In this document: piece by piece, positions 38,460 through 48,844 of the stretch
Numbering within the stretch: position 1 is the first letter of the stretch
Layout of the letters: the number at the start of each line of letters is the position of its first letter
From: Bugula neritina
Lineage: Eukaryota > Animalia > Bryozoa
DNA: 64,000 nucleotides
Assembly (NCBI GenBank): GCA_964035545.1
Contig: OZ037773.1
Coordinates: 6,787,751 to 6,851,750, forward strand
Reading direction: 5' to 3'
Made by a program: the position numbers and the translations under genes
Notes under the pieces: generated by a model
Told to the model about the DNA's origin: nothing
What the model saw: only the letters and a program-made list of their open reading frames with translations
Database searches by the model: none

Positions 38460-41400
38460 ATGAGTTTCTTTAGAAGACTATTCTCTAGAAGAAGTTCTGA
38501 AGCTGCTCCTGGTGAAAGTGCCAGCGCAACTATTGAAAAGTTTGTTTTAATTTCATATTAAATAAAACTTTGTATTATTTTATATACAAAAATACTCATA
38601 TATCTTATAGTTAACTCTAGATTCTGTTGCACAGTAGTGCAGTTTGAATTGAATCCTAGCAATAATTCAAGCAATCTGTTTATTCAGAAGAATGCTTGAG
38701 AATTATTGGCAATAAAATTGTAATATATGGCGTAGTAGAAGTAAAATAAACAAACATTTCAGAAAGCACACATGCAGAATAATGAACTTTATTTAGGATC
38801 GGTACTTAACATCTTATCACGTAGAACTGTCTTGCAAAATGTGTAGTATTTGTGATTTACAATTACAGCTTTAAAAATAAAATAATAAAAAGCTAATAGC
38901 CCTCTACTTTAAAAGTTGTCTACTCTTAACTGAAGCCTATGTAAACCAAGGAATTTTCGCAACTACATGTCAATGATGATCGTTATGCTCAACATTTTTT
39001 CCTATAATTTGCTATTACTATGTATACTTATGATGCATGCTTATGATGTACACTCAATGTGTTTCAGACTGACGTTTGGAGTTCCAGTTAAACGAGCTTT
39101 TAGGAATAATGAGATTCCAGTAATGCTTCTGGTATGTTATCTGCTCCTGTAAATTGATAAATAACATGGGACATAATCTTAATCTGTAGTCCAATAGATA
39201 TACTTACTATAAAGTGACACACTTGTCTGTTTAGCTTCTTTAAGTTTACCATTTCAAATTATTTTGTAGAATATCTTTATGCACATCGCAGCAGTTGGTA
39301 TTTCCCAAACCGGGGTTTTCCGGCAACCAGGTAGTGCTGGGGAAGTACGCAAGATGTCAGAATTGTTGTCTACAGGAAAAGAAGTTGATCTCCACAGCGT
39401 GTCCATTCACGCATTATGTTCAGTTGTCAAGGTAACTGATTAATTCCAAATTTCTGATTTTATAACTTCTTATTTTACTTCAGATGGTTTGAAAAATGAG
39501 TACAAAAGTTACACCTTTAAATTTAATTATTTAAATTAAACGAAACTAATAATATTTTGGCACAAATTATAAACTTGAATAAATATGATTCATGCAATTT
39601 ATCAGCTTATGTATGGGCGCTTTCGGATTCCCTACGCGTAGGGAATCCGAAAGCGCCCATATATTAATTACCATCAAGTAATAAAAGCATCCATCTGCTA
39701 TATACAGTTACGTGTCATTGCAGAAATACTTAACATCTAACTACTTCTTTAAAATTTCTTCTCTATTTCTTGCTGTTGAGTATGTATTCTATACATTCCA
39801 GAAGTTTCTCCTTGCTATACCAAATGGCCTCCTCGGGAAACAAACAGAGAAAAAATTTCTAAAAGTGGTGAAAATTCAAGGAGTAGCTGAAAAGAAGAAA
39901 ATGATTACCAAGTGAGTAAATTATGGGTTATTGTAGCAAATCTGAGAGTTGGCTTTAGTGTTGAGTGAAAGTTTCATTCAGTTAGAAGCTTTTTTACATA
40001 AATTCGCATAATAAATAATTTGATATAATATCCTATTATGTTAGTATATTGTTTTAAACATATTGGTATTTACACGAGAATATTTTTTTCAAAAAATTAC
40101 TTTTAAATTATTAATCTTATGTTGTTGTTCTTTCCATTCTCACAGACTTCTCTCGTCTCTCTCCAAGCCGGTCAGACAACTCCTGACACTGATGGTCGGA
40201 CTCGCATATCTTGTATGTGAACGTCAAAACCTGCCATTTGAAAGTTTGGCCAAGTCTATTTCGGGCTCTATCTTTGTGTAAGTGGCTGTTTCTTTAATCT
40301 AATAGTCTTTAATTATTTGTAAGTTAGTTTTTACTTATTCCTACTTTAGGCAAAGTAATTAGTAATATATAAAAATTTGTTAATGCATTTGGCTGCAACA
40401 AATATTCAAAATTATAGCTTGTTGTACTTGTATAGTACTAATTCAAACTTACAGCTATCTGTTACACTAAATCTTATAGCATTTCTAGAATAGAGTTAGC
40501 ATAATGCCAAGTTGTTTTATGTATATATATTTTGGATTTATATGGATTTAATGCATTCTTCAACAGAAACAGCAACAATGACCCCCATAAGATAAAGAAA
40601 GCTGTTGAAGTAATGGAGATTCTAATCTCCTTCTTTCCACTGTCCTCGGTGTTTGGGCTAAGTCACCATAACCAGTTTGCTGAGATAACAAAGACAGGAT
40701 CTGTGAAAGATAACGTCTATCAGATTAGTGCCTCGCGTAAGTAGAATTTAAAGTGTCTTCCAACATATTTAGCACTTGTATGATTATATTTGTATGCCAA
40801 GTTAAATTCTGCAGTCACTTTGAACATATGTAACAAGTGTATGGTTATATTTCCATGACAATTTACATTTTGAATTTTGCACAACCTTTTTGGGGTGTAT
40901 TGCTTGAAACTCAAATACTTTTTGCATAACTCATGTAATAATCAACATTTTGTTGAATCATATGAGTTGATGCTGACTTTGATATTTCTCCTAGTCTTTG
41001 GTCCCATAACCCAGATTCACATCTCATATGGTATATCTTCTTCTACAAGTACCAGTTACTCTGAATTACTTAAAACTGTTTTATAGAAAGAATTAAAATA
41101 GTATCTGTATTTTGGACATTGTTTATTACAGCTTGTGGTGATGGAATTGAGAAGCCCACTAAGGTAAGAAAATATTGTATTCGAAGTTTCTTTTGTGATC
41201 ATAATTTTCCACATATAGTTTGTTTATAATATAATCCAAATTTAATTTTGTCTGTAAAAAGATGAACTGCTTTTTGGCTTTCAATGGTACATTCTGTTTT
41301 AGTACTAGTTTGCTAATTTCAATCAGCCAGAACGGCTATTAAGTTATTTTGATGGAAATTATTTAGCCTCCTATTTCTTTGTGTGTTACAGTGTTTTGAT

Positions 41401-42260
41401 TTACTAAATATTTGTTATATTAAAATAATACTTATATTGGCTGCAGCATTTGCAAAGGCTTGAATACTATTCTATTTTGCTATATTCTAATGCATTTCAT
41501 TAACAATACTTTGTCTTTTTAATGTTTAAATTTTCACTTTATTTGAGAATCAAAATTTAAGTGCATGAAATTGAAGTTAAATAATCCCAAATGCATTTTT
41601 TACACAGCCTACACTACCATTTCCTGAGTTTATAAAGTTGTACAATGAGGAGGCGGAGAAATTAATGATGCGAAGTTTAGAGCGACTGAGAAAAGTATGT
41701 TATGTGTCTATGAATGAGTCTCTGTTCAGCTTTCTGGTGTCATAACTATTGTATATGTCTTGTTTTTTATATTTCTTTCTTTTTTTTAAAGTTTATGTTT
41801 AAATATAGCTTTTAGCTTTACTTATATAACAGAATTATATTTTAGTTCTGCCTTTTTCTATCTTTCTTCATTATTATGTCAGCTGTAACCTTATCTTCTT
41901 GCATAACTCTAGACTCCAACTTCTGCTTACTTTTCCACTCTATTCTATGTTCTACTCTGTTTCTTCATGTTATTCTAGAGATCCGAATGGTTCCTCGATC
42001 CCACTGATAAATTTTCTTTGCTATATCAGCAAATAGTAATAAAAGTAACCACCAGCTCTGATATTCTACCATGCGATCCTCCTAAACCAACCACCATCTC
42101 TGCCTCATCTTTTCTCTTAGAGAAATATCCACCACCTCCGTATCCATTTGCTCTTACCACAACCAACTCTGAACCTGTACTTCCTTCCTATTTACAATTC
42201 ACATTTCCTGCTGATTTCCATGGTCCAACTAGAACTACTTCTGCACCAAGCTGCTTCTGA
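38460..42260 (+). CDS. Small Rho GTPase-activating protein (~372 aa, ARHGAP20/TAGAP-like GAP domain). Exons: 38460-38539, 39068-39131, 39270-39431, 39802-39911, 40146-40277, 40567-40736, 41132-41163, 41608-41694, 41979-42260
   Basis: LTFGVPV...IPVMLL, GVFRQPG (arginine finger), SIHALCSVVKKFLLAIPNGLL, LLSSLSKPVRQLL, LAKSISGSIF. The frame continues via a GTAAGT donor at 40737 into three more in-phase exons ending in ORF 42018-42260. Confidence 0.85.
39612..39661. repeat. Perfect 50-bp GC-rich palindrome in RhoGAP intron 3
   Basis: TATGGGCGCTTTCGGATTCCCTACG|CGTAGGGAATCCGAAAGCGCCCATA; the arms are exact reverse complements with no spacer. Confidence 0.95.
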
Positions 42261-44552
42261 CATTCTCTCTCTCATTATTGTGCTCTGTGCATTCTGTTTA
42301 ATAAGGCATCAAAACGTATAATTACCTTAAATTTCTTTCTGATATTTAAGTTATAGTTTAGCTAAAGCAACACCAATTGACATTCTTTAGTTATAATGAT
42401 TGTCATGTTCTCTAAACATAATCTTTTTGTCCTGTCACTTTATAACCTCAGTTCTTATTCCTTAATTGTTTAGAAACTTAATTTCTTTTTAGACTAGAAT
42501 ATTTTATGACTTTGTTCTATCACAAAGTTGGTATATAATTATAATCTTCTTAATTTTTAGCGTCATACTATTATAGCTAAAGCTGATAAATTTATTTATT
42601 ACTTATTAAATTTTATTTGTGTATGTTATATTTCATCACACAAAAGTTATATCACTACTTCAATAAATATTTTGTTCGTTAAAATACACTTTACATGGCT
42701 ATTTTTAACTTGCTATTCACAACATTAAAAATGTGATCATTTTATTGCAGATTGATTTAATTTATTCTAGGCTTTATATATCAATAATCCACAATTTAAA
42801 CAGCAACTCAATGTCCATGCAACCTTTACTACATTTCTCTGTTTTACATGAACATTTGGGGAACCTTTGATAATTCAAATAGTGTCAGAAAGCAACTAAA
42901 CTTTCATTGGTTTTTAAGTTGTGTTTCCTTTAAATTCAGTTTCAAATAGTCGCAGCTCTCTTCATTGTGGCCCAGCTTCTTGTGTTATAATTGCAGAGGC
43001 GTTGCTTCATCTTGATTACATTTGCACGCCTTAAATATAAATATTAATGGTACTCTAACATATAAGTGAAATACAATAATGAAACTTGATCAGTTTTGGA
43101 GTTGTGTTGCCTTCCTAAAGCTAATGATCAACAGTTATTTATTTAATTCTACCATGAGTTATTGTTCTAAAATCTAAAATGCCACTTTATTTTCAATTAT
43201 ATACAAGATATTTTTGTAATGATAGAGGGGTAAACTGCAATGCAAAACTCCACTTCCCTGTGTATAATTCTTCAATTTAAATAAAAGACTATCTAAATAC
43301 CTCTGTATACTGGCTTATAAAGGTAACATCGTAGCTAACATTTTTATATGAATGAAACGCTCAATAGCACATATAGAAGCAAATGCGTCAGGGTAGCCAA
43401 ATTGATTCATGGGCACTCATGGAAAGGGCATGTCACTACGGTTTTTAAAAGCCATCAAAAGTTTATCACGATCACAGTTGGAAAGCAATTAATATTCTTT
43501 TTCACAGTTGCAAACACCAGAAAAGGAAATTCTATCGATATTTACTTCAATTGATTTTTCAAAGTCATCTTGGCTTTAAAAAAGTCTTTTTAATTCTATA
43601 TAATGTATTATTTTAAGTTTCATAGGTACACATTTACATAGTGTAAATAAATTTCAAATACTTTGTTTACCATGATCATATTTCTTTTAATCTGAAACAT
43701 TCATCGATAAAGATTTGTAGTTGATTGTCTTTACATCAAATAGAACTGCTTGGAAATTGTGGCAAAATATCTGGTAGCCAAATCTATTACATGCAAATTT
43801 TGCATCATTTGTGATAAACTCTACTTTGCAGTTGCATGTGCAGTTGCCACCCCTCTTTGAACACGGCTGTATAAGAGACAACAATTCCAGAAGGGCTGCT
43901 GCAAAATAATGAAGGCTGTGTCATTGTCTTTTGATGGAGGAAACTGTTTGAATAGTTGCTATTAATTTTTGTGAAAAGCACTAGATGGAAAGGGCTTTTT
44001 ATAGCAGGCTAACAGTTTATTCTAATGTGGCACAGAAGCAATTATAACTGGATGCTCTTCCGGGCATCACCAATGGTGTTTGGGCTTAAACTACTGACCT
44101 TGTGTTTACTAGGTCAGCTTTCTATAACTACTACACCATGACTGCTCACCAGCTCTTTACAAGAATCATAATATTGCAATACTGTTTAAGATCAGGCCAA
44201 TCCAGATTGAAAAGCTTTCATTCTAGTTTTCTTTATAATATAATTACACCTCCTCACTTAGCTTTAAGTAATGTAATATATTTCTGTTTGCAGCAGCTGC
44301 CACAGAAAATTTGTATTGTCAAACTATTTCACTGGAAGGGAGAAAAAAAAATCTAGCAAGTTTTAGCATAATTAATATAGCATTAATTTTGTGCAATGTT
44401 AATCAACAAAGCTTCACACGTTCCTTGTCACTTTTGAGTTTAGGAAGTAAACAGCTATTCATCATTTTCCCACTAGGAAAAACTGAACCGGAACTTCAAG
44501 AAAAAACTCCACCTATAAAATTTACATACATAACATTAGCTAGATAGAGCAG

Positions 44553-44559
44553 TATATAA
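44553..44559 (+). promoter_or_regulatory. TATA box of copy A1
   Basis: TATATAA 80 nt upstream of the ATG, conserved in A2. Confidence 0.55.
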
Positions 44560-44632
44560 TTCAGAGTACGCAGGTCTTGCAAGTGAGACTGATAGGTGAA
44601 GGAGAAAAAGAGGGTGATCACCATACACCACC

Positions 44633-45905
44633 ATGCGTCAGCTAGTTGTATTTTCCATACTAGTCTTACTCACTATTTTCTTTAGTGAGAGTAAATCTTC
44701 TAGCGCCAACTTGAACCTGCAGGTAAGTTTTTTAGATTGATTGTATGTTTTAAAAATTAGCTTCATTTTCACACGGATAAATTCACCAAATAAGTAAAAT
44801 ATAGCTATTAAAATTGTGTCAATCTTTAGTAATTAATACAGGCTTGAATAAAATATAAGCATTTGCCTACTACAACCTTTGAAACCTTCTTGATTGCATT
44901 TTTTACTGATTGAGTTGTGACTACAGATTAAAGTAAGTGGTCATAGCAATCGGTATCTTTAGAATCGACAAACTTTGAGGTCTGCGAGATCTTGGAGGAG
45001 ACCTACCAGATGTAGATACACCAGGTATGGACCAAGCAGCTGTAGGCCAGCACAACCTTGGGGACCAAGGCCACACCAGCCAGCACCAACTATGGGCCCT
45101 GTTGTTGGCCCACCTTTAGAACCAGCTCCAGGTCCAGATCCAACGGCAGCTCCTGGCTTAGAAAATGGGATCATTAGAGAGGTATCTTATCCTTTTATAT
45201 TTTGAATAAGATTAATAAAAAGGTGATCAAAACTGATTTAGGTTCATAGAGGTGTAGCTCCAACAGACATGTTGTTGGTAAGTTTCTATCTTCTTGAAAA
45301 GTTTTATTTAATGTCATTTAACTTTCATAGCTTAAATCTATTTTCAGGTTTCCACAGTGCAATGCGTTGATACAACTCCTCAAGGTCCTACTGCTGGCGC
45401 ACCTGGAGGAAGTTCGTGCAGATACGTCTTTCGAGTAGTCTGCAGCGGAAGGAGGAAAAAAAGATCTGCAGTACACCACCGCAGTTCTCATAATAGTTAC
45501 AGGGGAGTAACTGGTCCAGATGGGCTATCTTTTAGCCCAGGAGCACCAAGGCATCCAGGTACTCCGCTAGCACCAGGAGCACCAAGACATCCAGGTACTC
45601 CGCTAGCACCAGGAACACCAAGACCACCGGGCACTCCGATAGCACCAGGAACACCAAGACCACCGGGCACCACGATAGCACCAGGAACACCAAGACCACC
45701 AGGAACACCAAAACCTCCACCTGGATCTTCTGGTAACAGATTTCCAAGTTTACCAGATAACTTTGTGTGTGATACAGCTGGTCTACCTTTGCCTGATCAA
45801 ACAGAGCCTCCTGCTCCATCCCCACCTCCTACTCAACCACCTGGAGGTGGAGAGCCTGGAGTACCTGGGGGTAGATGTCCAGTTGTACCAGATGTAATTT
45901 GTTGA
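44633..45905 (+). CDS. Secreted Pro/Gly-rich, Cys-framed protein, family copy A1 (~288 aa). Exons 44633-44722, 44963-45181, 45348-45905
   Basis: Kozak-like CACCATG; signal-peptide-like [22 protein letters not shown]; furin site RRKKR; 36-nt (PGTPRxPGTPLA-type) repeats; C-terminus CPVVPDVIC*; TATA upstream and AATAAA at ~46019. Exon-2 start is ambiguous (see findings). Confidence 0.85.
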
Positions 45906-47416
45906 GACTTATTCTCCATATCGCTTGTTTCACAAGACTGAAGTGATCATTGTAAAAGTATGTTTTTAAATCAAATATTATTACAATCTTTCTACTAATC
46001 AAGACTGCAACATACAAGAATAAAATTACCAAAATTTTAATTATTTTCGTGTACTTTTAAAACATTGTATTGAGAGACAAGCAAATAATGTATAAAAAAT
46101 TCAATTTGGTGAATGCATATATAAATATAAAAATTGAATAAATAAATCCCATAAAAATTGGACAGTTTTAACATTATTTAAATCTTCTTATTTGGACAGA
46201 TAGATAAATTATAATTATATAGTAATAATTTTTTGGATATTTAAAAAATACAAGCGCAGGTTTTTCTACTATTTAACTACATAACAAATCCATTGTTTCT
46301 TGCAATGCAAATCTCTTGCTTTTAGTTTCAGCTTAATTTGTACCAACTCACTTGCAACTTGAAACCGTGAATAAAGGAAGGCGTGCAGCTGTGAACTATA
46401 GTTCACAATCTAGTCACTCTAGTCAATAACAAAAAGCTTTGGTAAAAACAGCCATTGCTTTGTACATATAAGTAAAGCACATTAATCATATTATAAAGTC
46501 TATTTCTAGCTGACACTATTTAAATTTTGTGGCTTCGCATTTAGCAACACCCACATTTAATTTTACATCAAACATGACTCACTTCCACAAGTATGGTAAG
46601 TTTTCGCTTTAAAGACAAAAATATAGCATAGAAGATATTATTTCAAGCTGTAGGTATATTTCTTTATAAATCTCTTTATATTCATCTAAATTAATTAGGC
46701 AAAGCCGTGCAATATGCATCCAAAGACATACTACAGTTTATATCATATTTCAGTGTAAAAAATATGCCTGCTTTCTTTCTTTGTGGCTAGGACTTTTGAA
46801 TGTCTTTGAGTAGTTCTATACAGAGCAAATAAAATAGCGCAGTGAATCAGAATTTTGTTTTAAAGTGTTTGACTGTAGCATATTATAATTTAGTTGCTGA
46901 GAATTACAATCTAGCATATTTGATGACCGACTTGGCATTATTTACATTTTTAATTTTGCATAACCTTTTTGGAGTGTATTGCTTGAAACTCAAATACTTT
47001 TTGCATAACTCATGTAATAATTAAGATTTTGTTGAATCATATGAGTTGATGCTGACTCTAATATTTCTCATAATCTTTGGCCCCATAACCTAGCTTCACA
47101 TCTCATACAGTATAAGTTTAGAAGAAATGAAAATAATATCTGGAATTTGAACATTTTTATTACAGCTTGTGGTGATGAAATTGATAAACCCACTAAGGTA
47201 AGGAAATATTGTATTCAAAGTTTTTCTTGTTTGTAATTATAAATGTCAACATATAGTATGTTCACAATATAATCCAAATTTAACTTTTACTTTAAAAAAA
47301 GAAATTATTTTAGTCTTTCAACAGTGCAATTCATTTTCTAGAGTGATAAAAAATTGTGCATTGCACTCAGCTGAAATTGTGTTATTGAGATAATTATGAT
47401 GATGTAAATTATGTGT

Positions 47417-47663
47417 GGGTCATTCAGCTACCTTATGGTTGTGGACCGTTACGGTTTTTTCATGACGGTCCGCACTCCTAATAAGCTAAATAAATAAAAA
47501 AACATGGGAAATCAAGCAAAATTAAAAAGAACCTTAATTATTTCGTGTATTTATTGGTGTTTTACTAGCTTTGGGCAAAAAGCCATGTTCATTACCATTT
47601 AAATTGTGAAAAATAGCTAAAAACTGGAGATTTCAGTGTGTACTAAATTAAGTAAAATGACCC
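47417..47663. mobile_element. MITE-like non-autonomous element
   Basis: Termini GGGTCATT...AATGACCC flanked by GTGT direct repeats; subterminal hairpin GTGGACCGT..ACGGTCCGC; related copy at ~30535-30772. Confidence 0.7.
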
Positions 47664-48390
47664 GTGTGCTTTTTAATTGATTGGCTTTTGTGCTCTTTTA
47701 GCTTATCAATTATGTTTTATATGGAATTATCACTTCATGGTTTACAAACTTACGAATTGGTTGCCGTTGGTAAAAACCTAGACATTATCTTATTTGTGGA
47801 TTTACTGTCTAGCATACAATAGATATGACAATAAAACACAGTACTTGGAGCAGTTGATATGATCATGCGTACTTCATTAAAAGAAGGTGTATCTTTATTA
47901 ATGTTTAACTTTTCACATTATTTGAACATCAAACTCTGTTTAATACATGCAATTTTGTTGTTTAATAATCTGAAGGCATTCTTTACACAGCCTACACTAC
48001 CATTTCCTGAGTTTATAAAGCTGTACAATAAGGCTAGGCGGAGAAATTGATGATGCGAAGTTTAGATCGACTGAGAAAAGTATGTTATGTGTCTATGAAT
48101 GAGTCTCTATTCAGCTTTCTAGTGTCATAACTATTGTATATGTCTTGTTTTTGTTTTGTTATATTATCTTTGTTCTTTTCTTTTAAAACTAACTTTTAAA
48201 CTTGTTTAAAATTTATGTTTTTATGTAGCTTTTAGCTTCGTTTATCTAACAGAATTTTATTTAATAATAGATTTTACTGCTGCCTTTTTCTATATTTATT
48301 ATATGTAACCTTGTCTTCTCGTGTAACTCTATAGTTTTACTTCTGTTTACTCTTCTAGTCTGTTCTATGTTGTACTCTGTTTCTTCATAT

Positions 48391-48844
48391 TGTTGTAGTT
48401 TTGTGGACTACTACCAGTGCGGTTTATTGTGTGCTGAACTACTGAATCATAACCTAATTACGAGGTTAGCGAAGAGAATAGTTGCGTCATAATAGTAACT
48501 ATATTTCGAATCTAATTATACAAGGAAAAATACAAACAGTAGTAAAAGAGTGCACACATAGAGAATCAGTTATACAAGCGACTAGTTTATCATATACATG
48601 TAGCTATCATGAGACTGAGGCTGGGCGCCGGCAGGCGCTACTTATAAATGGAGGGTTTAATCTGATTGGCCGGTGGGGTTCCGGCGGTGGTGACCGTAAT
48701 GAGTAGTGCGGTACCGCATATCCATGCCGCAGAAGTGCGGAATTTTAGAATGTTAGACTGAGCATAGCATGTAGAGTTATCGTACCTTAAAAATATAACA
48801 TAATACAACGGTCGGGGGAAATAATACTTCTCACAGTCATTACA
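48391..48844 (-). mobile_element. Solo LTR (454 bp), Gypsy-like by its 4-bp TSD
   Basis: TGT...ACA termini with ATAT target-site duplication (48387-48390 / 48845-48848). Absent at the paralogous site ~41967-41970. Minus strand shows CCAAT, then TTATAA, then AATAAA ~30 nt from the end. Confidence 0.85.

Noticed and set aside
40737-40744. RhoGAP ending at the TAG at 40742-40744
   Set aside because: It overlaps a perfect GTAAGT donor leading to three further in-frame exons; possible only as an intron-retention isoform.
45532-45825. Hydrophobic antisense ORFs (also 52576-52956, 56132-56341, 44959-45174)
   Set aside because: Reverse-strand shadows of the Pro/Gly coding repeats.
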